Positions 25,247-34,151 are shown, counted from the first letter of the stretch. The stretch is 49,852 nt of DNA from an uncultured archaeon (GCA_964640865.1 CAZXIU010000001.1:1-49852); one strand, 5' to 3'. Notes: generated from the sequence alone by a model not told the origin. Program-made: numbers and translations.

Positions 25247-25828
25247 TCAATCACCGCACAATGTGTATACATCTTCAGGTATTTCAAAAGCCTTACCGCA
25301 TTTCACGCACTTCATGGCAACGTTTCTTCCCTTCTTACTGCTCTTCTCGGCATCATTTCCGCATGAGCAGACGAAACCCCTGACTTTCGCAGGATTGCCG
25401 TATACAAGCGCATTCTGCGGGACATCCCTGGTTACAACCGAGCCTGAGCCTACCATGCAGTCGCTTCCCAGCGTGACGCCGCACAGTATCGTGGAATTGG
25501 CACCGATTGATGCCCCGTCCATGACAGTCGTCCTGACGATTTCCCAGCTTCCGAGTGACCTCGGCCTCTTGTCATTCGTGAATGCAACATGCGGACCTAT
25601 GAAGCATCCGTTGCCTATCTCAACACCCTGGAATATGGAAGCCTTGTTGCCTATCTTCACATTGCTTCCTATCTTCACATTCTGGTCTATGTATACGCAG
25701 TGCCCGACATTGCAGTCCTTTCCTATCACAGCGGTTCCCCTGACATGTGCATAATGCCATATGTTCGTGCCGCTGCCAATTATAGCGCCTTCGTCCACTG
25801 TCGCTGTTTCATGAACATTCACAACCAT
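25247..25828 (-). CDS. Hexapeptide-repeat N-acetyltransferase (WbpD/WlbB-like)
   Basis: Left-handed beta-helix repeats (IGSGTNIWHYAHVRGTAVIGKDCNVGHCVYIDQNVKIGSNVKIGNKASIFQGVEIGNGCFIG). The C-terminal tail is CxC...CxxC. Confidence 0.75.
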   Translation of the reverse strand: MVVNVHETATVDEGAIIGSGTNIWHYAHVRGTAVIGKDCNVGHCVYIDQNVKIGSNVKIGNKASIFQGVEIGNGCFIGPHVAFTNDKRPRSLGSWEIVRTTVMDGASIGANSTILCGVTLGSDCMVGSGSVVTRDVPQNALVYGNPAKVRGFVCSCGNDAEKSSKKGRNVAMKCVKCGKAFEIPEDVYTLCGD

Positions 25829-26806
25829 TCATCCACCTTCTATTGATTTCATTATTCTTTCTATTATTTTAAGGACTTCCAGCCCGTCCTCGCCTGTGAC
25901 CAGTGGTTTCTCCCCTTTTCTTATGGCGTCAGTAAAATTTATGAGTTCAGCCTTGAGAGGCTCGTATTTCTCCACGTCAACTGATATCTCTCTGGAGTCG
26001 CCGAAGCGGAGAACGAAATCCCCGAACTCGTCGTATGTCTTCTCATATACATTCTCATGCAGCCTGAGTGCCTGTGTTATGTAATTAAGGCTCGCGTATC
26101 CCTTAGTGCCTGTTACATTCAGCATTCTTATCTTCACAGGCGTTATCCAGTTGACCTCTATGAAACCGTTCGTGCCGTTGTACTTCATGAATATGTCTGC
26201 ATAGTCCTCGCGGTCGTTTATCAGCGCTTTCCCACCGGATGCATAGATGTCCTGTGGTTCCTTTCCTATGAGATACCTGAAAACATCTATATCATGGACA
26301 GCTATGTCGAGTATGACATTCGCGTCCTTTATCCTTGGCGGAAAGAGGCCGACCCTTCTTGCTATTATCGATGTGACCTTTCCGAGCTTTCCGCTGTCTA
26401 TTATCTTCTTGAGCTCCTGCACAGCGGGGTTGAACCTTTCGATATGCCCGACAGCGAGCACGACACCTGCTTTTTCAGCAGCTCTGACAAGCTCTTTTGC
26501 TTTCTTCACGTTCTCTGCAAGCGGCTTTTCTATCAGAAGGTTTTTCCCGTGCCTTATCACATCCATTCCGATTTCATAATGGAGAGATGTCGGCACGCAT
26601 ACGGAAACAGCATCTATGTCCCCGGAAAGAAGCTTTTTGTAATCCCTGAAATATCCGCATTTGTGCTTTCCGGATATTTCCTTTCCTGTCTTCTCGTCCT
26701 TGTCGGATATTCCGACAAGCTCAACTGAATCAAGTTCCGAGTATACCCTGGCATGGTTCTTTCCCATGGCACCTGTTCCTATAACACCGACTTTCATTGA
26801 AATCAT
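25829..26806 (-). CDS. Gfo/Idh/MocA NAD-dependent oxidoreductase (WbpB-like UDP-sugar 3-dehydrogenase)
   Basis: Rossmann N-terminus KVGVIGTGAMGKNHA and an EKP motif (LLIEKPLA). It sits in an operon between the aminotransferase and the acetyltransferase. Confidence 0.75.
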   Translation of the reverse strand: MISMKVGVIGTGAMGKNHARVYSELDSVELVGISDKDEKTGKEISGKHKCGYFRDYKKLLSGDIDAVSVCVPTSLHYEIGMDVIRHGKNLLIEKPLAENVKKAKELVRAAEKAGVVLAVGHIERFNPAVQELKKIIDSGKLGKVTSIIARRVGLFPPRIKDANVILDIAVHDIDVFRYLIGKEPQDIYASGGKALINDREDYADIFMKYNGTNGFIEVNWITPVKIRMLNVTGTKGYASLNYITQALRLHENVYEKTYDEFGDFVLRFGDSREISVDVEKYEPLKAELINFTDAIRKGEKPLVTGEDGLEVLKIIERIMKSIEGG

Positions 26807-27888
26807 CTGAAACCTTTAACAACTTCCACTATTTTCCTTAGATCAGCCTTTGTCAGAAGCGGATGCACAGGAAGGGATATCACACGCTTCGAAACAGACT
26901 CCGACACAGGGCATAAGCCTTCCCTGTATCCAAGTTCCTGGTACGCCGGCTGCATGTATGATGGTTTCGGATAATACACCCTTGCGCCTACCCCATTCTT
27001 GTTGAGGTAGTCGAAGAAACCGTCACGCAGCGCCCCGTCAACCTTCACTGTGTACTGGTGCCACACATGGGAGCATCCTTCTTCTGTGAACGGCACCTCA
27101 AGCCATTCGATGCCTTTCAGATTTTCTGAGAGATAAGAGGCGTTCTCACGCCTTTTCGCAGTCATCACACGGAGCCTGCTGAACTGGCCGAGCCCTATGG
27201 CTGCCTCAATGTTGGTCATGCGGTTGTTGTAGCCGACCATGATATGGTCATACCTGTTTACCTGCCCCTGGTTTATTATGACGCGCGATTTTTCAGCTAT
27301 GGCGTCATTGCCTGTCATTATCATGCCGCCCTCGCCTGTCACCATGTTCTTGGTCGCATAGAACGAGAATGCGGACACATCGCCGATTGAGCCGACTTTC
27401 TTTCCTTTGTATTCGGCCCCATGCGCCTGGGCGCAGTCCTCTATCAGTAAAAGGTCATTATCATCGCATATCTTCCGTATCTCATTCATCCTGCACGGCT
27501 GGCCGTAAAGATGCACAACGAGCACAGCCTTTGTCTTGTCAGTTATCTTCGATGCAATGCTGACGGGGTCAATATTGAATGTCCTTTCATCTATGTCAGC
27601 GAAAACCACCTTTGCCCTGCTGTAAAGAATAGCATTGGATGATGCTATGAAAGTGAAAGGCGTTGTTATCACCTCGTCGCCTGGCCCTATGCCTGCAGCC
27701 TCAACAGCTGTTGTCAGTGCTGACGTTCCGGATGAGCATGCTATCCCGTGCTTAGTGCCTATGAATGAAGCAAACTTCTCCTCGAACTTGCTGACATATG
27801 CCCCCTGCGTTAGCGCCCCTGATTTCAGGACTTCTGTAACTAGCTCTATTTCCTTCCTTCTTATGTCGGGTTTTGCTATCTGTATCAT
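26803..27888 (-). CDS. DegT/DnrJ/EryC1/StrS PLP-dependent sugar aminotransferase (WbpE-like)
   Basis: IQIAKPDIRRKEIELV... N-terminus and the lysine region SFYATKNMVTGEGG. Start taken at M21 of ORF 26803..27948. Confidence 0.82.
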   Translation of the reverse strand: MIQIAKPDIRRKEIELVTEVLKSGALTQGAYVSKFEEKFASFIGTKHGIACSSGTSALTTAVEAAGIGPGDEVITTPFTFIASSNAILYSRAKVVFADIDERTFNIDPVSIASKITDKTKAVLVVHLYGQPCRMNEIRKICDDNDLLLIEDCAQAHGAEYKGKKVGSIGDVSAFSFYATKNMVTGEGGMIMTGNDAIAEKSRVIINQGQVNRYDHIMVGYNNRMTNIEAAIGLGQFSRLRVMTAKRRENASYLSENLKGIEWLEVPFTEEGCSHVWHQYTVKVDGALRDGFFDYLNKNGVGARVYYPKPSYMQPAYQELGYREGLCPVSESVSKRVISLPVHPLLTKADLRKIVEVVKGFR

Positions 27889-28039
27889 ATGCCTTACAAA
27901 TAAAACATATCTTCCGTTTAAAAATGGATTTTCCCAAATCATGCCCATTTTGAGACAGTCTATCGTCGAACCTTTGCTTTAACCTTTAAAAAGCATGGAC
28001 AAACGATTAATTAAAATTGCGTTTTGGACGTGCGATATT

Positions 28040-29080
28040 ATGAAAGCAGGAATAGTCGGTTACGGCGCATACATCCCGAGGCTGAGGATAAAATCAAGCA
28101 ACATAGCAAAGGTATGGAGTGCCGACCCCGAGCTCGAAGCGAAGATGATTAATGAGAAAACAGTTCCCAATATGGACGAGGACTGCGCAACAATGGCAGT
28201 TGAGGCAGCGAGAAGCGCAATCCTGAGAGCTGGCATGGACCCCAGAAAGATAGATGCTGTTTACATTGGCTCGGAATCCCATCCTTATGTTGTCAAGAGC
28301 ACTTCATCAATAATTGGCGAAGCTGTCGGGGCAACACCCAACATGATGGCAGCTGACCTTGAATTCGCATGCAAAGCAGGAACATCCGCAATCCAGATAG
28401 TGAACAGCCATGTCCTTGCGGGAAAGATAGAATACGGGCTTGCAGGAGGCTCTGACACTGCGCAGGGAAGACCGGGTGACGCACTTGAATACACAGCAGC
28501 TGCAGGCGCTGCCATGTTTGTTGTTGGAAAGAAGGACGTTGTCGCAACCATTGACAGCACATTATCCTATGTCACGGACACGCCTGATTTCTGGAGAAGG
28601 GAAGGGGAAGAGTTCCCAAGACACGGGGGAAGGTTCACTGGCGAGCCTGGGTATTTCAAGCATATACTCGGGGCAACTGAAGGCATACTAGCTGAAACAG
28701 GCACAACTGTGAAGGACTATGATTATTTCGTGTTCCACCAGCCCAATGCCAAGTTTCCCCTTTCAGCTGCAAAAATGCTGGGGATACCGAAGGAGAAGGT
28801 CCTGACGGGTTTACTGTTCCCCAAAATAGGCAACACGTATTCAGCAGCATCCATACTCGGATTATGCAATGTGCTTGATACAGCCATGCCCGGCTCGAGG
28901 ATACTCATGACATCATTCGGTTCAGGCGCAGGCTCTGACTCCTTCACGATGACAGTCACTGACAAAATAGGGGATAGAAGAGACATGGCAGCTTCGGTGA
29001 GCCAGATGATAGAAAGTAAAGAATATATAGACTATGCCACTTATGCGAGGTACAAGGAAAAGATAAAGGGTGTTTTATGA
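28040..29080 (+). CDS. Archaeal HMG-CoA synthase
   Basis: MKAGIVGYGAYIPR start (M16 of ORF 27995..29080), catalytic Cys context EFACKAGT, and about 347 aa. It is followed by the thiolase and DUF35 genes. Confidence 0.88.
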   Translation: MKAGIVGYGAYIPRLRIKSSNIAKVWSADPELEAKMINEKTVPNMDEDCATMAVEAARSAILRAGMDPRKIDAVYIGSESHPYVVKSTSSIIGEAVGATPNMMAADLEFACKAGTSAIQIVNSHVLAGKIEYGLAGGSDTAQGRPGDALEYTAAAGAAMFVVGKKDVVATIDSTLSYVTDTPDFWRREGEEFPRHGGRFTGEPGYFKHILGATEGILAETGTTVKDYDYFVFHQPNAKFPLSAAKMLGIPKEKVLTGLLFPKIGNTYSAASILGLCNVLDTAMPGSRILMTSFGSGAGSDSFTMTVTDKIGDRRDMAASVSQMIESKEYIDYATYARYKEKIKGVL

Positions 29081-30246
29081 TGAGGGATGTTGCAATAGTC
29101 GGGGTTGGGATGACCAAATTCGGCGAGCACTGGAAGAAGGGACTGCGGGAGCTCATAAGCGAAGCCGGCATAAAGGCAGTAGACGATGCAGGGATATCAG
29201 GAAAGGACATCCAGCTGATAGTCGGCGGAAGCATGTCTTCAGGCATATTCGCAGGCCAGGAGCATACAGGCGCACTGTTCACGGATTATCTCGGGCTTAA
29301 TCCCATACCGGCCATAAGGACCGAGGCTGCATGCGCATCATCATCTGTTGCGCTTTCAACAGGTGTCATGGCTATCCAGTCAGGAAGGTACAACTGCGTT
29401 GTCGTAGGCGGTGTTGAGAAGATGACGGATGTCTACGGAGGCCTTGCCACAACTGCGCTCGCAGGCGCAATGGACCGCGACAATGAGGCACATTTCGGCC
29501 TTACGTTCCCGGGAGTCTATGCTCTCATGGCCAAGAGGCATATGCATCAGTACGGAACGACAAGGGAGCAGATAGCGATGTCAGCTGTAAAGAACCATGA
29601 GAACGCCATGCATAATCCCAATGCCCAGTTCCACAGGAAGATAACTGTTGATGATGTTTTGAAGTCGCCGCTGGTGGCAGACCCGCTAAGGCTTCTGGAC
29701 TGCTCGCCCATTGCGGACGGCGCAGCCTCACTCATACTTGTTCCTGCTGACAAGGCAAAACAGTACACGGATACTCCCATCTACATAAGGGCTTCCTCGC
29801 AGGCCTCAGACACGCTGAGCCTTTACAGGAGACCTGACATCACAACCATCGGAGCCACCATAACTGCTGCACAGAATGCATACAAGCAGGCTGGCATGAC
29901 AACAAACGACATCCACTTCGCAGAGGTGCATGACTGCTTCACCATAAATGAGATAATATCAACGGAGGACCTCGGTTTCGCCAAGAAGGGCGACGGAGGC
30001 CGCCTACTCCAGAGCGGGGAGACCATGATAGGCGGAAAGATACCTGTCAATACATCCGGCGGCCTTAAGGCAAAAGGGCATCCGGTCGGAGCCACAGGAG
30101 CAGCTCAGGTAATCGAGGCAGTGGAACAGCTCAGAGGCGATGCCGGAGGCAGGCAGGTAGACGGCGCTGAGAACGGGCTCACCCACAATGTCGGCGGCTC
30201 GGGCTCAACAGTTGTTGTCCATATATTTTCAAGGAACAGGAAGTGA
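29077..30246 (+). CDS. Acetyl-CoA C-acetyltransferase (archaeal thiolase)
   Basis: Active-site Cys in EAACASSS, and the HDCF and GGLKAKGHPVGATG motifs. The start overlaps the HMGCS stop. Confidence 0.9.
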   Translation: MMRDVAIVGVGMTKFGEHWKKGLRELISEAGIKAVDDAGISGKDIQLIVGGSMSSGIFAGQEHTGALFTDYLGLNPIPAIRTEAACASSSVALSTGVMAIQSGRYNCVVVGGVEKMTDVYGGLATTALAGAMDRDNEAHFGLTFPGVYALMAKRHMHQYGTTREQIAMSAVKNHENAMHNPNAQFHRKITVDDVLKSPLVADPLRLLDCSPIADGAASLILVPADKAKQYTDTPIYIRASSQASDTLSLYRRPDITTIGATITAAQNAYKQAGMTTNDIHFAEVHDCFTINEIISTEDLGFAKKGDGGRLLQSGETMIGGKIPVNTSGGLKAKGHPVGATGAAQVIEAVEQLRGDAGGRQVDGAENGLTHNVGGSGSTVVVHIFSRNRK

Positions 30247-30250
30247 TACA

Positions 30251-30658
30251 ATGCCTACGGAAAAAGCAGTCGCACACCACTGGAGAAGGTTCTCAGAGAG
30301 GTACGGCCTCATAGGCTCGAGATGCACGAGCTGCAAGCATTATTTTTATCCCACGAGCATCATATGCCCGAAGTGCAGGAGGAAGGGAAAGATAGAGGAA
30401 TTCAAATTCTCAGGGAAAGGAAAGATATTTTCATACACAACAATCAGGGTTGCTCCGGAGGGATTTGAAAAATACACTCCGTATGTTGTTGCTATTGTAG
30501 AGCTTGAAGAGGGAGCAATGGTTGTTTCCCAGGTGGTTGACTGCAGCCCTGATGACGTGAGCATAGGAATGCCTGTTGAGTCAACCTTCAGGAAGATCAG
30601 GGAAGAAGGGAAATCCGGTCTTATTCTTTACGGTTTCAAGTTCAGGCCGCAGAAGTGA
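30251..30658 (+). CDS. DUF35 OB-fold/zinc-ribbon protein (scaffold of the thiolase-HMGCS complex)
   Basis: CTSCKHYFYPTSIICPKCRRKG zinc ribbon followed by an OB-like domain. The ATG at 30251 lies 5 nt after the thiolase stop. The longer ORF from 30188 overlaps the thiolase and is rejected. Confidence 0.85.
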   Translation: MPTEKAVAHHWRRFSERYGLIGSRCTSCKHYFYPTSIICPKCRRKGKIEEFKFSGKGKIFSYTTIRVAPEGFEKYTPYVVAIVELEEGAMVVSQVVDCSPDDVSIGMPVESTFRKIREEGKSGLILYGFKFRPQK

Positions 30659-30863
30659 AATCCAGTACATCCGAATGTAAAATTCTACCAACGTAGATTA
30701 AGAAAATGTAGCATGAGAGCCTGACTTTTTGGGTTTTGTTTTCACGGCATCCTCTCTGAAAGTGTGTGATTTACCAAGGATGCCCACTGGCGCTCACGTC
30801 TGATATTTTCAGCAAAATTTGTTACGGATTCGCCGGCTTCAGATGGTAGAGAATTGTGACACT

Positions 30864-31343
30864 CTATTTAAGATCTCTGATTTTTCTTCTTATGGCTTCT
30901 ATACTTTCTGAGTCGATTTTGCCTATAACATTCTTCAGTTCCATTACAAAATCCCCGGCGGTTTCCATGTTCTCATTCAGCTCGCTCTCCTCGACCAGCC
31001 TGTCCGTGTAGTATTGCAGGTTTATTCTTTGAATTTTGGCATTCTCGAGCTCCTTTATCCTGTCGTTTGGAATCATGTCACCAAAGAATGCCCTTGCAAT
31101 CTCTATGGTGCATTCGTGGATTTCGGACTTTATTCCGCACTTCATGAACAGAGCGTAGAGGATATGATAGCGCGCGTAATAAGCTGCAGAAGATGCCCAG
31201 TCCTTTATCCCCTCCCTCATATTGACCCTCATCGACATCAGCGAATCTTCCGCTTTCTTTATGTATGACTTTGAAAGGTTTTCGTTCGGTCTGGTTAACT
31301 TGACACCCCTCTTCACATTCAGGCACCATCTGATTTTATTCAC
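30864..31343 (-). CDS. HEPN-domain protein (toxin-type partner of a minimal nucleotidyltransferase)
   Basis: All-helical 159 aa protein. SAAYYARYHILYALFMKCGIKSEIHE resembles the PF05168-type HEPN core. It overlaps the upstream nucleotidyltransferase gene by 8 nt. Confidence 0.65.
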   Translation of the reverse strand: MNKIRWCLNVKRGVKLTRPNENLSKSYIKKAEDSLMSMRVNMREGIKDWASSAAYYARYHILYALFMKCGIKSEIHECTIEIARAFFGDMIPNDRIKELENAKIQRINLQYYTDRLVEESELNENMETAGDFVMELKNVIGKIDSESIEAIRRKIRDLK

Positions 31344-32121
31344 AGAAATGCCTCCAGAGGATGTTCACAAAAGCGTCCTGATTGTTCAGGATTATGTGTT
31401 CTGAAGCTATTTCAAAGAGCAAAGGTTCCTTCTCCCTGAACCCCCTTTCGAGCTTGTCCTGGCTTATGATCTGGACGTGAACATTTATGTCGTACTTGAA
31501 TTCGAATTTCTTGATAGCATCGAGAATCTTTCCGTTCTTCTCAATGAGAAGCAGATCTATATCGCTTTTTTTGTCTTGTTCGCCTTTTGCATAGCTTCCA
31601 AAAAGGACTATGGGAGTTTCTGAAATCGGCGGGCTTAGAAGCGAAGAGTACAATTCCTTAATCGTTGGATTTTCATTAAGCGTGTGACCAAGTCTGTATG
31701 ATTCGACGTCCCTTACGTGGTCTTTTGTCCTTGGGTTCTCCTTGTTAAGATAAAAGACCTTGTTTCTTCCCGAAGTCTGGTGTTTTACGATTCCTCGCTT
31801 TTCCAAAGAATTGAGTGCCAGTAGCGCAGTCCTGTGGTTCATTGACATCTTTCTTGCTATTTCCCTAATATGGAATCCAGCCCCGTAATTTCCAAGGTAG
31901 GGAACAATTACGTCGTATTCCCTTATACTTGATAATTTTTTATCCATATGGATACTAAAGTAACCATTACTTAAATACGTTGCGTATTTGTCACATAAAA
32001 ATTCCCCTTCAGAAAGCGGCTCCCTCAAGGGCAGGGTCTTGTCAATACCGATGATCACTCCCAAGCTCTTCGGCACAGTCCTCTGCATGAACATGTATAA
32101 GTAGAAAATGTTAGGTTTCAT
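31336..32121 (-). CDS. Winged-HTH + minimal nucleotidyltransferase (MNT) fusion protein
   Basis: wHTH segment HIREIARKMSMNHRTALLALNSLEKRGIVKH followed by the NTase signature VLFGSYAKGEQDKKSDIDLLLI (GS...DxD). An alternative start at M59 (31947) is preceded by a TATA-like box. Confidence 0.7.
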   Translation of the reverse strand: MKPNIFYLYMFMQRTVPKSLGVIIGIDKTLPLREPLSEGEFLCDKYATYLSNGYFSIHMDKKLSSIREYDVIVPYLGNYGAGFHIREIARKMSMNHRTALLALNSLEKRGIVKHQTSGRNKVFYLNKENPRTKDHVRDVESYRLGHTLNENPTIKELYSSLLSPPISETPIVLFGSYAKGEQDKKSDIDLLLIEKNGKILDAIKKFEFKYDINVHVQIISQDKLERGFREKEPLLFEIASEHIILNNQDAFVNILWRHFCE

Positions 32122-32164
32122 GGTATTTTCATCCTACCTTCGGAACTACTGAAATCAGCAAAAG

Positions 32165-32176
32165 ATTTAAAAATAA
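32165..32176 (+). promoter_or_regulatory. TATA-like box (atttaaaaataa) about 25 nt upstream of ATG 32195
   Basis: The position fits a leaderless promoter for the acidic orphan gene. Confidence 0.4.
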
Positions 32177-32194
32177 CCAAGCACTGCTTAAATC

Positions 32195-33016
32195 ATGAAA
32201 TTTGTTCTGGATTTCGACATAGCTGAAGATATGGAGCTTGAATACTTGGAAGATGATTACGAAGAGCCTAAATGCAAGTCTGTCCGCAGCAGATATGACG
32301 AGGATGAGGAAAAAGACAAAGAGTCATACAGGGTCAGGTTCCATCAGGACCTTTCAGGCGTGCATTTTGATGAAAATGAAAAAACAATGAAAATAGAGTA
32401 CGACCTTCTTTACGAGGAAATGGACCCGCTTGTTGAGAAGAGCGAATATGTTCACGGGCTTGAGAATCTGGAAAAAATCAATGTCACTGATGACATGATG
32501 CTTCTCCGGAATGAATTCCAGAAGAACGCCATTGAGACTGTTGCAGATTCCTATCCCGTTGAGATGCTGGATGACGTGATGAGCATAGAGTATGAAGCAC
32601 CCACGTTCATAAACGGCCAGAAAACCTACCAGAGGATAGTATTCGAGGCTGATGTTGACGGCGAAAGCGTTTACGAGCTTACGCAGCGAAAATTCGGGAA
32701 AGCCGGAATAGATGCATCATCCGAATATGACAGCGAATTCAACAGCGTTCTGTTTACATCCATAGACGGGCGGGCTGAAGGCGATGGCGGCAATTTCAAT
32801 GAATTCTACCTTAATGGCGAGATAGGGGAGAATGCTGTTGACCTCCAGCCTGTCAGGAAAGGCGACATAATAGAGTGGAGAAACGCGGAAGAGACGGATG
32901 GCAGCTGCGGAGGTGTACCGGACTTCTACTCAATACAGAATGCCCTCCAGTACAGCCTGACTGCGCAGGCACAGGCCCAGACACTCGGCATACAGAAGCG
33001 TGCATACGGCTTATAG
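32195..33016 (+). CDS. Highly acidic hypothetical protein; C-terminus possibly DUF4430-like beta-grasp
   Basis: 273 aa, very rich in D/E, with no signal peptide or TM helix. The C-terminal SIDGRAEGDGGNFNEFYLNGEIGENAVDLQPVRKGDIIEW resembles the DUF4430 pattern (recognised from memory only). Confidence 0.5.
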   Translation: MKFVLDFDIAEDMELEYLEDDYEEPKCKSVRSRYDEDEEKDKESYRVRFHQDLSGVHFDENEKTMKIEYDLLYEEMDPLVEKSEYVHGLENLEKINVTDDMMLLRNEFQKNAIETVADSYPVEMLDDVMSIEYEAPTFINGQKTYQRIVFEADVDGESVYELTQRKFGKAGIDASSEYDSEFNSVLFTSIDGRAEGDGGNFNEFYLNGEIGENAVDLQPVRKGDIIEWRNAEETDGSCGGVPDFYSIQNALQYSLTAQAQAQTLGIQKRAYGL

Positions 33017-34069
33017 CCTGCCCAATGCACTGGAGAACGGGAAATCAAAATCTATCCTGTTGCTTTCCTTTTTCAATGATTCCGCCCTGTCCATGAACGA
33101 TGTTATTGCACCGAGGTCAAGGTCCCTGTATATTTCCCTGAGCATGAGCCCTGCGTTTATGTCCTTTACCATGATTCTCTTCCATGCGGCCTCGTAAAGA
33201 GAAAGTTTTGATACATCATCTGTCCTCACTGCATTCGCTATTATCTCGGAAGCCTCTTTGGCTGCAAGGAAGCCGTAGGCAAGGCCTCCCCCGGACCACG
33301 GCTTTGTCTGCGATGCGGCATCGCCAACCAGTATCGTGCGGTTCTCGTATGTCTTCTTAATGCCTATTGGTACAGGCGCGGCGCTTCTTTCCGAGGCATC
33401 GGAAGGTTCCAGGCTGAAAAACTTCTCAAGTATGGGAAAGCTGAGCCTGTAACCTATGCATCCGTATTCTGTTGCGCTTCCCCTTGGTATCTTCCAGAAG
33501 AAGCCGTCCTTCACAAGGCTCTTGTCAAACCACATTTCAACTGTATCCGAGAAGTTCTCCTTTTTCTGGTGTATTATAAGCCCGTTCAGCACTTCAGGCG
33601 CATTTGCCCCTATCATCCTGGAAACAGCAGACCCCGCGCCGTCGCATCCTGCTGCAAACCTGCTTTCAAAGTCATGCTTTGGCGTCCACAACCTCACTTT
33701 TTCAGCGGTCTGGTCAGCCCTCATGACCTTCTCACCGAATCTTACATCAGCGCCGCAGTCTGATGCATGCTCCGCCAGCATCCTGTCCATAAGGTTCCTG
33801 TTCACAACATACGCGGCTGTGGCATTCTTCCTGAATTCCAGCGTGGTACCCATGAATGTTATTCTGGCGCCTTTTACCTCATGCTCGATTACAGCGCCTT
33901 TAACTTTTTTGGGTATCATTTCTATGAACCTTGGGGAAACAAGTCCTGAGCATGCTTTTCCACCAGCCTCCCCATGCTCCTCGAGAACAATAGTGTCCAT
34001 CCTTCCGGCGCACAGTGAAGCCAGATATGAACCAACAGGTCCGGCACCTACAACAGCCAGGTCATGCAT
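33011..34069 (-). CDS. Geranylgeranyl reductase family FAD-dependent oxidoreductase (lipid saturation)
   Basis: DLAVVGAGPVGSYLA FAD-binding fold, CSGLVS and LVGDAASQTKPWSGGGL motifs. Confidence 0.85.
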   Translation of the reverse strand: MHDLAVVGAGPVGSYLASLCAGRMDTIVLEEHGEAGGKACSGLVSPRFIEMIPKKVKGAVIEHEVKGARITFMGTTLEFRKNATAAYVVNRNLMDRMLAEHASDCGADVRFGEKVMRADQTAEKVRLWTPKHDFESRFAAGCDGAGSAVSRMIGANAPEVLNGLIIHQKKENFSDTVEMWFDKSLVKDGFFWKIPRGSATEYGCIGYRLSFPILEKFFSLEPSDASERSAAPVPIGIKKTYENRTILVGDAASQTKPWSGGGLAYGFLAAKEASEIIANAVRTDDVSKLSLYEAAWKRIMVKDINAGLMLREIYRDLDLGAITSFMDRAESLKKESNRIDFDFPFSSALGRL

Positions 34070-34151
34070 TAATACTAATAAAAAGCCTTGTCATTAAATA
34101 TACAAAATCAAATTGTGTTGATTGGTGATTATTACGTCCAAAACCTACAGG

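Noticed and set aside
25247-25370. Cys-rich C-terminal tail (CSC...CVKC) of the hexapeptide acetyltransferase as a novel fusion
   Set aside because: As far as I recall, WbpD/WlbB-type acetyltransferases commonly end with a similar small Cys-containing tail, so it is probably family-typical.
30188-30250. Upstream extension of the DUF35 ORF, and similar N-terminal extensions of ORFs 27995, 26803..27948, 10639..11385 and 1645
   Set aside because: The extensions overlap upstream genes or consist of hydrophobic or odd sequence. Internal ATGs coincide with the canonical family N-termini.
31948-32121. N-terminal 58 codons of the wHTH-NTase ORF as a separate gene or pseudogene fragment
   Set aside because: I cannot decide by eye. 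Either the long ORF is real (a Shine-Dalgarno-like aggtagga precedes ATG 32121), or translation starts at 31947 behind a TATA-like box. There is no independent domain signal in the 58 aa, so it is not reported as a separate feature.
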